Origin: Nitrosopumilaceae archaeon
GTDB lineage: Archaea > Thermoproteota > Nitrososphaeria > Nitrososphaerales > Nitrosopumilaceae
DNA length: 64,000 nucleotides
NCBI GenBank assembly: GCA_965208905.1
Contig: OZ242365.1
Span: 608,001 to 672,000 of the forward strand
Direction of reading: 5' to 3'
The notes beneath the pieces are model-generated. The model did no database searches and was not told the DNA's origin. It worked only from the letters and a program-made list of their open reading frames with translations. Of this stretch, positions 1 through 9,957 are shown piece after piece. How positions within the stretch are numbered: position 1 is the stretch's first letter; each line of letters starts with the position of its first letter. The translations under genes and the position numbers were made by a program.

Positions 1-2
1 TA

Positions 3-206
3 TCAAAAGTGAACACAACCAATACAATCACCTTTACACGCAACGAGTGGCTTCGGGCCAACATGTTGGGGGATGACTGTTATCTATACATCTGTAAGAA
101 GGATATGTCTTCAGGGCGTATACATGAGTTGCAGAATCCAGCCAAGGTTCTTGCAGCCACTAGAACTGAGTGCGGTTACAATATAGACATATCCAACATA
201 TGCTAG
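3..206 (+). CDS. C-terminal part of a DUF3883/NO-VEIN-like domain protein (5' truncated by the window)
   Basis: Open frame from the window edge; ITFTRNEWLRA..GDDCYLYI resembles the DUF3883 consensus. Confidence 0.5.
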   Translation, partial: SKVNTTNTITFTRNEWLRANMLGDDCYLYICKKDMSSGRIHELQNPAKVLAATRTECGYNIDISNIC

Positions 207-207
207 T

Positions 208-1800
208 CTATATCTCTTTTAGCATTTTTATGAGGATACGCCGGTTTGTGTTATTTGTCTTTAGTGATTTTATAAATTTGGCAAACATTTCTTCGGATAC
301 AGGAATTGTTTGTATATTCTCCAAGTGTCTCATAACTTTGAGGTAATGATCTTTGCCAGTCTTGGATTTTGTAAATCTCTGTATTGTTCTTCCGTATAAT
401 TCAAAGTATCTGATGGGGGATTTTTTGGCCAGTTTGGGCAGGTATGTAGCATACATATCATGATTATCCAGCGTTTCTAGAGAATCAATGGCTTTTTGGT
501 GCATACCTTCCTTTACATATATCTGCACAGAGCGCTCGGGCGCCGTAGCCATCAGGTTGTTGTATATTGTATCTAGTGTTAAGCTCCAATCACTGGAGAT
601 CTTCTTCAACTTGAAAAAGTACTTCCAATCGCCGGTGGCTTCAAACAGGTATCTTAGTATCTGTTGGTATTCGTCTCTGGCGTTGACAAATATTGGTAGG
701 GCTTCATCAAGTATCTGTGAATCCGTCGGGAATGCGTTAACTACCCTGCGTGCATCTCTGATGGCGCGTTTATCATCTGTACGTTTTAGTATACTCACAA
801 AGTATCTGCATGTATCTGCATCGTTTGCATAGTATGGTAATAGTGCATCGGCAGCATCATCCCATCGGCCAGCATCTTCGAGTATAAATGCCTGCATACT
901 TGCTAACTGTTGGGGATCGCCAGTCTTTGGATTTGATTGAGTTAGACTCATCCAGTGTGACATATCCTCCTCTTCGGTGCAGATAGTCTTTAGCGACTCG
1001 ACATAATAAGGCCAGTATGCTCGATATACGGGATTTGTGGCCCTCTCAAAGACATATTTGATATATTGCTTTTTCGTGTCTGAACTCATTTCTGCACGAA
1101 TTACTGAGTCTGTCAGGTTCTCTATTGCTTCAATGGCGCAGTCCTTGTAGTAACCATAATCATCCTGAGCATCCTTTATTGTGGTGATTATGTGTTCGGC
1201 GATGCTACTGTATGCTCTAGCAGCTTCTATATGATCTCCAGCATTGCGCTCTTCGCGAGCAATCTCGAATATATCCTCAAATGTTACATCTTGAGTCTTA
1301 GTATTACTGTATAGGCTATTTAACATCCGGGTATAGTTGCGTGGCAGATGGACATTCTGCAGTCTAAGATGCTCTACAAAGAGGTTGTAAAAATTAGGGT
1401 CTTTTTTTAGTTGTTTAGATACAAAATTCAGTATTTTTTTATGCGATACGTGGGACATAAAGTAGTCTACCGACTCCATTTGTATATCATGTTCCTCTTT
1501 TAATTTGTCCATGTTATCGGCAACGTGCAACATCGCTGCGATAACATGCCAACACCAATAGCCCATCTTACTGTCATGGCAGTCACAAGATCCACCCACC
1601 TCACCGTGTTTATCCCTTAATTCTACGGATATATCCTCACCATAAGTCTCTATTGCTACATTTATCACATCTTTACTGATCCATGCGTCCTTCACTACAT
1701 CTTGATAATACCCATTGGCTTCAGCGTATATTTTTGAGGGGCAACTAGCCTTTATCTGCTTACTGTCTGGAAAGGTCTTCCAGTGTTTATTAACTGTCAT
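208..1800 (-). CDS. SWIM zinc-finger domain protein with helical C-terminus
   Basis: 530 aa; SWIM motif CDC-x7-CWH (GSCDCHDSKMGYWCWHVIAAML). Confidence 0.8.
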   Translation of the reverse strand: MTVNKHWKTFPDSKQIKASCPSKIYAEANGYYQDVVKDAWISKDVINVAIETYGEDISVELRDKHGEVGGSCDCHDSKMGYWCWHVIAAMLHVADNMDKLKEEHDIQMESVDYFMSHVSHKKILNFVSKQLKKDPNFYNLFVEHLRLQNVHLPRNYTRMLNSLYSNTKTQDVTFEDIFEIAREERNAGDHIEAARAYSSIAEHIITTIKDAQDDYGYYKDCAIEAIENLTDSVIRAEMSSDTKKQYIKYVFERATNPVYRAYWPYYVESLKTICTEEEDMSHWMSLTQSNPKTGDPQQLASMQAFILEDAGRWDDAADALLPYYANDADTCRYFVSILKRTDDKRAIRDARRVVNAFPTDSQILDEALPIFVNARDEYQQILRYLFEATGDWKYFFKLKKISSDWSLTLDTIYNNLMATAPERSVQIYVKEGMHQKAIDSLETLDNHDMYATYLPKLAKKSPIRYFELYGRTIQRFTKSKTGKDHYLKVMRHLENIQTIPVSEEMFAKFIKSLKTNNTNRRILIKMLKEI

Positions 1801-2357
1801 GTGTGATATTTTTATGATCTTTCTAAATATTTTTTTCTATATAGTAATATGGCGAATTTTGTACAGTAGGTGCTTTATACATGAATGGTCCAAAATCTAG
1901 TACAGATAGATGTACTGTATGGTTGGCCGCATATACAGGGTGGCTTAAACGCTATGGGTAGACGCATGGTAATGATGAATCGATATAATGCATCGAAAAT
2001 TGTTGAAAATTCAAATTTGATAACAACAATAAAACAGAAACATGGTGAAGGTTGGAGAGAGATTAGCTGGGTACGCGTATGGTGACAAGACATATTGATT
2101 CTCTGGAGAGAACATCGGACATTGATGCGATATTAGACGATATGGAAGAGATGGTACAACGCATCAAAAATTATCCAGTACATCCCAAGTATGATCTATA
2201 ATATTATTGGTTTATAGCTAAAGCTAAATTATATTGTTTTTTAAATATTACTAGACCTAATATAGGTAGATCGCTGGCTGTGGGGATTATATGTCTGAGT
2301 AAACATGTGTGACAGATACTTCAAACCTTTTTAGGGATGAGGTATTTACCATACACA

Positions 2358-2588
2358 ATGAACGAGGCTTATGTGCTACTTAATGTGTCATATAAGAGTC
2401 AGCAAGATGTCATTGAGAGTGCGGAGAAGATTCCAGTGGTAAGATCAGTAAAGTCCGTATATGGGATATGTGATGTTCTAGTCATACTTGAGTCTGATGA
2501 TATGCAAAAGATCAAGGATGCCATTGACAATGATCTTCACGGTATGGATGGCATTACAAATATGACCTCTCTAATATCGGTAAATTGA
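2358..2588 (+). CDS. Lrp/AsnC ligand-binding (RAM) domain protein
   Basis: AYVLLNV...SVYGICDVLVILES pattern; ATG at 2358. Confidence 0.8.
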   Translation: MNEAYVLLNVSYKSQQDVIESAEKIPVVRSVKSVYGICDVLVILESDDMQKIKDAIDNDLHGMDGITNMTSLISVN

Positions 2589-2594
2589 TCTCTT

Positions 2595-3569
2595 ATGGCG
2601 CGTAAGTATGAGATAGTCATAGTAGGGGCGGGTCCGGCTGGGCTATCGGCGGGAATGTATGTATCTAGACAGAAAGTCTCCTGTATTGTAATATCCAAAG
2701 ATTTGGGAGGTCAGATGAACTTGATTCCAAAACTTGAAAACTATCCCGGGACGATAATGTCTAGTGGGCCCTTACTAGCAAGAACTTTAGAGAACCAATA
2801 CCTGTCGTTTGGAGGGGATATGACATATGATACAGTAAATAATGTGTCTGAAACAGATGAGGGATTAATTATAAAAACCGTTAGGTCCGAGTATGAAGCC
2901 AAGGCTCTCGTGGTGGCTGCAGGTAAGGTACCCAACAACTTAGGGCTTGAGAACGAGTCCACATACCAAAACAAGGGAGTACACTACTGCACAAAGTGTG
3001 ATGCCCCATTCTATCAAGGTAGAACGACTGCGTCAGTGGGTGTGGGAGCATATCTACTTGAATCAGGAATACTATTATCTAGAATGGCAAATCAGGTCTA
3101 TGTCATATATAAGGGGGGACGATTGGGCGGTGATGCGGATCTGATTAAATCGTTAGAAAATAAGGAGAATGTAGAACTTATTCCCAACTCTAGCATAAAG
3201 GCCATAAACGGAAATGGAGCTCTAGAACAGATTACAATATCCGACAAGGGAGGAAATGAAAAAACCATTCAGATAGATGGTCTCTTTATAGAGATGGGCT
3301 CGAAGATTAACTTGGGTTTTGTCAAGCATTTAGTAGAGTTGAATCCCAAAGGTGAGATCAAAGTCAACAACGGCGGAAAGACATCACATCCAGCAATATT
3401 CGCAGCAGGAGATGCAACTGATATACCATATAAGCAGATTGTAGCTGCATGTGGCGATGGTGCCGCTGCAGGCCTCTCGGCCTTCAACTATGTTGAAAAG
3501 TTAAGAGGTAGGCCTGGCGTGCGAGCCGATTGGAAGAAGCAGATAGGGGACACTGTATTTCATTATTAA
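2595..3569 (+). CDS. trxB: Thioredoxin reductase-family FAD-dependent disulfide oxidoreductase
   Basis: GAGPAG FAD motif, CTKCD redox motif, IFAAGD motif. Confidence 0.85.
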   Translation: MARKYEIVIVGAGPAGLSAGMYVSRQKVSCIVISKDLGGQMNLIPKLENYPGTIMSSGPLLARTLENQYLSFGGDMTYDTVNNVSETDEGLIIKTVRSEYEAKALVVAAGKVPNNLGLENESTYQNKGVHYCTKCDAPFYQGRTTASVGVGAYLLESGILLSRMANQVYVIYKGGRLGGDADLIKSLENKENVELIPNSSIKAINGNGALEQITISDKGGNEKTIQIDGLFIEMGSKINLGFVKHLVELNPKGEIKVNNGGKTSHPAIFAAGDATDIPYKQIVAACGDGAAAGLSAFNYVEKLRGRPGVRADWKKQIGDTVFHY

Positions 3570-3656
3570 GATGTATAATTTGAAACAGGTACATTGAGTA
3601 TAATCAAGAGTTGTAGTACAGATGCATATTTCTCAATTTAAATTACATCATAATTC

Positions 3657-4499
3657 ATGCATATTATGAACGAGTTAAAAGTTCTGCAAGATGCTACGGC
3701 TCTCATATACCAGAGCGTAAAGGATTTGGCGGGTACCAAAAGTGCTCAGGAAAGTTTTGGCATGGGGGCAGGTGGCGACATTAGTAAAAAGATAGACATT
3801 GTTGCTGAGAATGTGGTTTTAGACTACCTTCGAAGTATAGACTTTCCATGCATAGTGCTGGGAGAGGAGTGTGGCCGTGTACAAATATCAGATGATCCCC
3901 AAGGATACATCATAATGGATGCTATAGATGGTACCACAAATGCAGTTCGAGGCTTTCCTTTTTACTGCTCATCTCTAGCCTTTGCCAAAGAGTATACGCT
4001 AAGTAGCGTGTCTGCAGGAGTAATCATGGATTTGTATAGCAGAAAAATGTATTGGGCATCAAAAAACAGGGGTGCTTTTGTAGATAAAAGTCGAATGTAT
4101 GTAAGTCGTGGAGACTTAAACGCTGATATAATAGGGATTAATATTTCAGGAGCAACTGTAGATGTTATAGAAAAAGTGCAGTCACTCATGCCTGTAGGTC
4201 ACATACGACATATGGGCGCCAATGCATTAGAGATGGCAATCTTCTCTCAGGGGTTGATGGATGCATTCATAGATTTAAGAAAAAAGATACGAGTTCAAGA
4301 TATAGCGGCAGGTTATCTAATGGTGCGTGAGTCTGGTGGGCTTCTATTGGATGAAAATTTTAAATTTTTAGATGGTGACTTGGGATATGACACTCGATTA
4401 TCATTTATAGCAGCGGCAGATGTGGATATAGCCAACAGCATTGCAGAAAAGATTGGTATGGCGCCCTTGGCGGGATTTGAACACGCGTCTCAGCCGTGA
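3657..4499 (+). CDS. suhB: Inositol monophosphatase / fructose-1,6-bisphosphatase family
   Basis: GEE, DAIDGTTNA and DIAAG motifs. Confidence 0.85.
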   Translation: MHIMNELKVLQDATALIYQSVKDLAGTKSAQESFGMGAGGDISKKIDIVAENVVLDYLRSIDFPCIVLGEECGRVQISDDPQGYIIMDAIDGTTNAVRGFPFYCSSLAFAKEYTLSSVSAGVIMDLYSRKMYWASKNRGAFVDKSRMYVSRGDLNADIIGINISGATVDVIEKVQSLMPVGHIRHMGANALEMAIFSQGLMDAFIDLRKKIRVQDIAAGYLMVRESGGLLLDENFKFLDGDLGYDTRLSFIAAADVDIANSIAEKIGMAPLAGFEHASQP

Positions 4500-4536
4500 C
4501 AGGGCCGAATTCTAGACCGGGCTATACTACAAGGGC
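4459..4536 (-). tRNA. tRNA-Asp(GTC), encoded CCA
   Basis: Acceptor GCCCTTG/CAAGGGC-G-CCA; anticodon arm CGGCC-CT-GTC-AC-GGCTG; TTCAAAT T-loop. Confidence 0.92.
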
Positions 4537-5017
4537 TTAACTGCATTTACAGAATCATAATTAAAAATCTTGCGAGTTGTATAGTGTTGTCCATGACTAT
4601 ACACACAATCATGCAGTGCTCTACCTGATTTTAGGAAGTATATACCAAAGTAGCATACATGACGCATGCATGTCCCCAGATGCTTCCTTATACTTGATAA
4701 CTCAGATGCTTGTCACTTGTGACACCACATGGCATCTGGAGACATATACGCCAATACTCAGCCGATCTGCAAAAGGCATAAAACAGAGAAGAGGTAAAAA
4801 TGCATAATGGCGCGACGGCGTAATAAACCAAAACAAGTCGAATACAAGCATAGCGCCGAGCATATAACAAAGAAGCCAAAGCCAAAAAGACATCAGGGCG
4901 CGTACTGGTCAGAGTCTGGATACGAACTTTGACTTAGTAGGTATACTCCAAGCATATGAAAAAAGCTCAGTGCCCTCACAGACACATGATCATAGTGTGG
5001 TTCTAGGATTATGTGCC

Positions 5018-6490
5018 CTATACGGCAGTCACTCTGGACAAAGACAAGTACGGTTCATACTGCAAGCACGGGGGTTCCCGCATCCACAATACATCACACG
5101 TCACTCCAGAGGACGACGGTGCATGATACATCTCGTTCCCCGGTCTGTGCTTGACGTTTCTCAGGGGAGCTAATGCGAGAACCCTCCACGTCCAGACACC
5201 CCTTGTACAATGGGTGTTGCCGGTATGGTCCGGCAAGTTTCGTAAGTTTAGTTGGCCATGCCTAACCCCCAGGCCGAGTTTCTTCAGCCCCGCATCCTCT
5301 ATGTTTGAGCCTACATTACAGTCGGCATGATACGTGTGGCCACATTTTTTACACAAGAACTTTCTACCATCCCGGTTATCCTTATGTGTATAACCGCACG
5401 AGTAGCACCGTTGGCTCGTATACGCTGCCGCAACCCAAATTATCTCGCCAGCCAACTTGTACGCCAACAGTAATGCCAACAGCCCCCAGCACTGCTCCAG
5501 GATGGCCTTATTGAGACCAGATTTCTGCGCAACGTTTTTGCCGGGTTTTTCTTTGGTACCTTTGGCAGATTTTGCCATGTTTTGTGTAGGAAGTTTCTCA
5601 AAGGCTGCATGTGTGGTGCTGTTCGATATAACGCGCGATATTTTATGCGCGGTGGTCTTTCGAATGTTTGCAGCTTTGCGTTTGTTCTTGGCTGCACGTT
5701 TGCTGGCTTTGGCCCACCGTCGAGAACCAGGTTTACGATTCGCATAGTCGGGTTTATGCCTGCGTGACGCTATCTTTTGTGCCTTAGAGGCTGTTTTTTC
5801 GGCGTTGTTTATGCGGCGTGCCACCTTTTCGGGTATTATTATTACACAGTCAGGTGTGGCCACATTACCAACATTCTGGTCTATACCAATAACAGTCGGT
5901 TCCGTCACGGTTGGCTTCTCATCGGGTATATCACAGGATATGGTAATCCTCCACCCGCCATCCGGTAGTTGAAACAGTTGGGCCGTCTTGTATCGGTAAT
6001 TCAAGACGGGAAACTCCCGCGACAGTTTAGCCTCGCCCATCTTGGCTATCTTGATTGTACGTGTATCGGTGAAGCGCGCTTGGCCGACGGTACCATCATG
6101 TGTTATCGTCAACGGGATGGAGATGTGACCTCCATATTTCTTAAAGTGCGGTTCACCAAACTCTGCCTTGGGTTTGATGTTGACGGCCTTCAGCTTCTCT
6201 GTTTCCACATATTGGTCATAATGCCTGCCCAAGTCATGTAATATTTGGCGCGTCACCCCGGATATGGATTGACGCATCCAACGCGGACCCGAATGGTTGC
6301 GCAAGTCCGTATACCACGCGTTTATCCTACCACGCGTAGTGTTGACCCTCCCAGCTCGACGGTACTCCTCCTTGAAGGTTTCCAATAGTTTGTTATGCAC
6401 GTACCTGTCCATGCCGGCCTGTCTGGCCAACATCTCCTTCTTGAACCCTTTACGGAATCCAACGCCGAATGTGTATGTGCGTAGTACCAT
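5018..6490 (-). CDS. tnpB: TnpB RNA-guided endonuclease (RuvC + Zn ribbon)
   Basis: N-terminal DRYVHNKLL helix; RuvC D (IGIDQN), E (AFEKL), D (HADCN); [14 protein letters not shown]; ORF reads through the 3' TIR. Confidence 0.93.
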   Translation of the reverse strand: MVLRTYTFGVGFRKGFKKEMLARQAGMDRYVHNKLLETFKEEYRRAGRVNTTRGRINAWYTDLRNHSGPRWMRQSISGVTRQILHDLGRHYDQYVETEKLKAVNIKPKAEFGEPHFKKYGGHISIPLTITHDGTVGQARFTDTRTIKIAKMGEAKLSREFPVLNYRYKTAQLFQLPDGGWRITISCDIPDEKPTVTEPTVIGIDQNVGNVATPDCVIIIPEKVARRINNAEKTASKAQKIASRRHKPDYANRKPGSRRWAKASKRAAKNKRKAANIRKTTAHKISRVISNSTTHAAFEKLPTQNMAKSAKGTKEKPGKNVAQKSGLNKAILEQCWGLLALLLAYKLAGEIIWVAAAYTSQRCYSCGYTHKDNRDGRKFLCKKCGHTYHADCNVGSNIEDAGLKKLGLGVRHGQLNLRNLPDHTGNTHCTRGVWTWRVLALAPLRNVKHRPGNEMYHAPSSSGVTCDVLWMREPPCLQYEPYLSLSRVTAV

Positions 6491-6567
6491 TAGCGTACAG
6501 TACGGTTTACATGTTTAAAAAGATAGTTGAGGTGTGATATATGGCACCCGTCCTTACGGGAGGAACC
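5052..6567 (-). mobile_element. Non-autonomous TIR element (IS6-like ends) carrying tnpB
   Basis: Ends GGTTCATACTGCAAGCACGGG (5052-5072) and revcomp GGTTCCTCCCGTAAGGACGGG (6547-6567); perfect 8-bp direct repeat ACAAGTAC at 5044-5051 and 6568-6575. Confidence 0.85.
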
Positions 6568-6609
6568 ACAAGTACCAATAGATAAATTTGTCTATGTAGT
6601 AAATTATTT

Positions 6610-6694
6610 GCGGGGGTTGCCAAGCCTGGTCAAAGGCGCAGGGCTTAGGACCCTGTCTTTCAGGAGTTCGCGGGTTCGAATCCCGCCTCCCGCA
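6610..6694 (+). tRNA. tRNA-Leu(TAG)
   Basis: GCGGGGG/CTCCCGC acceptor; CAGGG-CT-TAG-GA-CCCTG; long variable arm; GTTCGAATC. Confidence 0.95.
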
Positions 6695-6730
6695 TAATCA
6701 CATATATAATTAATAATAAGTCAGCATCCA

Positions 6731-7585
6731 ATGATGGACATGAGTAAAGCAATGGTCGGAATTACTGTAGTTAGTAAAGACCGTAAAGGAATTGTTGCCA
6801 CCATCACCAACTTTGTCTTTACAAGGGGTGGCAACATAGAGAACATAAATCAGAATGTAATTCAGGGGCTCTTTGGCATGTATGTTGAAGCATCGTTCCA
6901 AGACTTGGATATAGACTCTTTTGATGCAGAGTTGCACCAGGTAGCCGTCGAAGAAGAGTTGGACGTGAACATATATCATACTGCCAGCACGCAAAAGAAT
7001 ATAGCCGTATTGGTAACAAAAGAGAGACACTGTCTAGATGCAATACTAGACGCCGTAGCCACTGATAGTTTACATGGCAAGATAGCCATAGTAGTAGGCA
7101 CCGAAGGCACCCTGCAGTCACACGCTGAAAAAGCAGGCATACCCTTTGTTGTCATTCCAGAGAGAAACCAAGAGAAGGCCGAGTCTCAAATACTGGCTCT
7201 ATGCAAGCAGTACAAGATAGACCTTATAGTGCTAGCCCGATACATGCGCATACTCACACCCAACTTTGTCTGGAGATACCCTCGACGTATAATCAATATA
7301 CACCCATCCTTGTTGCCTGCATTTCCTGGCGCATATGCATATCAGCAGGCCTTTGAAAGGGGTACCAAAATAGTAGGAGTTACTTCGCATTATGTTACGG
7401 AAAATCTGGATCAAGGGCCCATCATACTACAGGAATCTTTCCATGTGGATCCCGCCGACACACTAGACTCCATAAAAGCAAGGGGGCAAAGATTGGAGGC
7501 TCAAACACTAACAAACGCTGTAAAGCTACATTTGAACAATAGTCTGGAGGTCTATTGGAGAAAAGTTCACATCAAAGAGGAGTAA
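6731..7585 (+). CDS. purU: Formyltetrahydrofolate deformylase
   Basis: N-terminal ACT domain; LARYMRIL, INIHPSLLPAF, LDQGPII motifs. Confidence 0.93.
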   Translation: MMDMSKAMVGITVVSKDRKGIVATITNFVFTRGGNIENINQNVIQGLFGMYVEASFQDLDIDSFDAELHQVAVEEELDVNIYHTASTQKNIAVLVTKERHCLDAILDAVATDSLHGKIAIVVGTEGTLQSHAEKAGIPFVVIPERNQEKAESQILALCKQYKIDLIVLARYMRILTPNFVWRYPRRIINIHPSLLPAFPGAYAYQQAFERGTKIVGVTSHYVTENLDQGPIILQESFHVDPADTLDSIKARGQRLEAQTLTNAVKLHLNNSLEVYWRKVHIKEE

Positions 7586-7589
7586 AATC

Positions 7590-8303
7590 TTGAGGATAGA
7601 TACTCAAACTGACCCGGTCTTAAGACAACAAGAAGAGTCTTGCGCCATAGTTCCTGTTGGATCAATAGAGCAGCATGGGCCGCATCTTCCGGTATCCACT
7701 GATTCAGACCTAGTGACTGCGGTAGCAGAGAGGGTAGGTTCAGGAGATAATTTTTTGGTGACGCCCACCATTACGACTGGTGTCTCCTTTGAACATGCTC
7801 CCTTCTTTAATATCAGCATTAGAGCATCCACTCTGAGTTTGATTCTACAAGACGTATGCGACTCGTTATACTCAAACGGAATAAAATATGTATTTGTAAT
7901 AAATGGCCACTATGGAAACAAAAAAGCATTAGAAGGATTTGTCAAAGAAAGGCAGAGCAATAAGCCTGTTGTACGTGTTTTTTCGTATTGGGAGTTTACA
8001 GGGAGGCGTTTTGATCATGCAGGGTTCATGGAGACATCCTTGATGCTAGCAGTGTCAGACAGGGTCATAATGAGTAAGGCCCAAAAGGGTTTGGACACCA
8101 GCAATATGACAGATGAAGAGATAACAGACATCAAAAAGATCTCCTTAGAATCATTCCCAAAGGCCACAGGAAATGGGATTTGGGGGGATCCACGTCAGGC
8201 AACTGCAGATGAAGGAAGAAGTATTCTAAACGAAATAGTCCAGAATATGCAGCAAGAACTTCAGAGTCAAATGCACAACTTCAAAAACAATCCACAGTGT
8301 TAA
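7590..8303 (+). CDS. Creatininase family amidohydrolase (ArfB-like)
   Basis: PVGSIEQHGPHLP, NGHYGN, DHAG..ETS motifs. Confidence 0.88.
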   Translation: MRIDTQTDPVLRQQEESCAIVPVGSIEQHGPHLPVSTDSDLVTAVAERVGSGDNFLVTPTITTGVSFEHAPFFNISIRASTLSLILQDVCDSLYSNGIKYVFVINGHYGNKKALEGFVKERQSNKPVVRVFSYWEFTGRRFDHAGFMETSLMLAVSDRVIMSKAQKGLDTSNMTDEEITDIKKISLESFPKATGNGIWGDPRQATADEGRSILNEIVQNMQQELQSQMHNFKNNPQC

Positions 8304-8417
8304 AGATGGCAAGCGTGGCTGTACAAAGGCGATACGTTCTGGTTTAATTAGTATATTTTGTGAAATACAGTACAGGTAATGAAATTTTTATATAGTGTAG
8401 ATGATCGTTGATAACTA

Positions 8418-8651
8418 ATGTCTGTTGATATGGCTGTAAAGGTATTGGATGAGAGCATAAATGAAGTTGTCTTGATCAAGCTAAAGGGTAACAAGACCAT
8501 TAGGGGAACATTACTGGGATTTGATCAGCATATGAACCTCATGTTAGATGGTTCCGAAGAGGTAAGTGCTGATGGAGGTTCAAACAATCTAGGAAAGATA
8601 GTAGTTCGAGGTGACAACGTAATAATGATATCGCCTCCACCATCAAGCTAG
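8418..8651 (+). CDS. Sm-like (Lsm) RNA-binding protein
   Basis: [12 protein letters not shown] and VVRGDNV Sm motifs; upstream of rpl37e. Confidence 0.93.
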   Translation: MSVDMAVKVLDESINEVVLIKLKGNKTIRGTLLGFDQHMNLMLDGSEEVSADGGSNNLGKIVVRGDNVIMISPPPSS

Positions 8652-8661
8652 GTGAAAAATT

Positions 8662-8829
8662 ATGGTAAAAGGTACAACTTCCATGGGTAAGCTAACCCGT
8701 AAGCCCACTCACATTAGATGTAGAAGATGTGGTAAAAATGCATTCCATAAGAGACACAAACGTTGTGCCAGTTGTGGTCACCCTGATCCAAAAATAAGAA
8801 AATATTCCTGGATTAAATGGTACACCTAG
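8662..8829 (+). CDS. rpl37e: 50S ribosomal protein L37e (not in the ORF track)
   Basis: [39 protein letters not shown]...KYSW. Confidence 0.95.
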   Translation: MVKGTTSMGKLTRKPTHIRCRRCGKNAFHKRHKRCASCGHPDPKIRKYSWIKWYT

Positions 8830-9957
8830 ATGCAAGAGGCCATACTAATTCTCTGCGCAGTGGCGGGCATAATGACGGCCACCTTACTAAGACGTGGTAA
8901 GGTAGACACAGAAGCATCGATACTTGAATTAAGTATCAAAAAACTGGAGACCGACACAAGTTATGCAGCTGAAAAAGATGTGTTGTTACCCATATACAAC
9001 AATAAATTAAAGAACTTAAAGTCTAATTCAACTAAGGAGTCGCATGTAATCCAAACTACAGAACAGACAACTGACAGTGTCAGTAGTGTAAAACAAGATG
9101 TAAAGTCAGATAGAATAGGTGCAACATCTACATCCAAATCTGATATACAAGATAAATTAGATAATGTTACAAAGATAGCACCCACGGCCAAGACTGATGT
9201 TGGGTCTAAACCGGATACAACTAAGACGGTTGGTATAGATACCACATCTGAGCTGCAACAGAAATCCAAATCAGATATTCATGCCAAGCCAAGTGTTGCC
9301 ACACCAAGAGTATTACCCGCAGATGACTCTGGTAAAAAATCTAAACCGGATACAGGTGAAGTTGTTGGTGCAGATACTACACCTACGTCTAAACGAAAAT
9401 CAGCAAAACCCGAACGTAAATTAAAGATACAAAGTGAGGGGGTTGTTACTGATACTACACCTACGTCTAAACGAAAATCAGCAAAACCCGAACGTAAATT
9501 AAAGATACAAAGTGAGGGGGTTGTTACTGATACGACACCTACGTCTAAACGAAAATCAGCAAAACCCGAACGTAAATTAAAGATACAAAGTGAGGGGGTT
9601 GTTGCGCAAGAGTCAGGTGACGCAACAGGACTGAATGTTGAGCCGCAATCAACACTATCCACGAAAGGTACTGTTGCGCAAGATCTACCAACCATAATAA
9701 ATGTGGAATCCGAGGCGGATACTTCTGATGTTGAATTAAAAAATACACCAAAAATGGATGTAACACTTCAGACCAGCCCAGCAGAACCAGACACAAAGAG
9801 TGTCAACAAAACTCCAGATGAAGCAAAGAGTATAGTGAAGCCATCTAAAAATATTGAGTCAGTAATTGATGATGATATAGACGAGGAGGAGTTAGAAAAA
9901 ATTAAAAATAGTGTTAAAGAAGCTCTTGCCAAGCTTGAACGCGCAGAGAGTGAATAA
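8830..9957 (+). CDS. Membrane-anchored low-complexity hypothetical protein with internal repeats
   Basis: N-terminal hydrophobic helix; S/T/K-rich; 3 x 26-aa repeat. Confidence 0.7.
   Translation: MQEAILILCAVAGIMTATLLRRGKVDTEASILELSIKKLETDTSYAAEKDVLLPIYNNKLKNLKSNSTKESHVIQTTEQTTDSVSSVKQDVKSDRIGATSTSKSDIQDKLDNVTKIAPTAKTDVGSKPDTTKTVGIDTTSELQQKSKSDIHAKPSVATPRVLPADDSGKKSKPDTGEVVGADTTPTSKRKSAKPERKLKIQSEGVVTDTTPTSKRKSAKPERKLKIQSEGVVTDTTPTSKRKSAKPERKLKIQSEGVVAQESGDATGLNVEPQSTLSTKGTVAQDLPTIINVESEADTSDVELKNTPKMDVTLQTSPAEPDTKSVNKTPDEAKSIVKPSKNIESVIDDDIDEEELEKIKNSVKEALAKLERAESE
9373..9603 (+). repeat. 3 x 78-bp in-frame tandem repeat
   Basis: Units start at 9373, 9451 and 9529 (DTTPTSKRKSAKPERKLKIQSEGVVT). 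Confidence 0.9.

Noticed and set aside
1866-2200. Possible pseudogene
   Set aside because: Multiple stops and no recognisable family
6547-6560. CCCGT-CCTT-ACGGG hairpin as an IS200/IS605 left end
   Set aside because: It lies within a motif that recurs in inverted pairs with 8-bp duplications, which fits a TIR better
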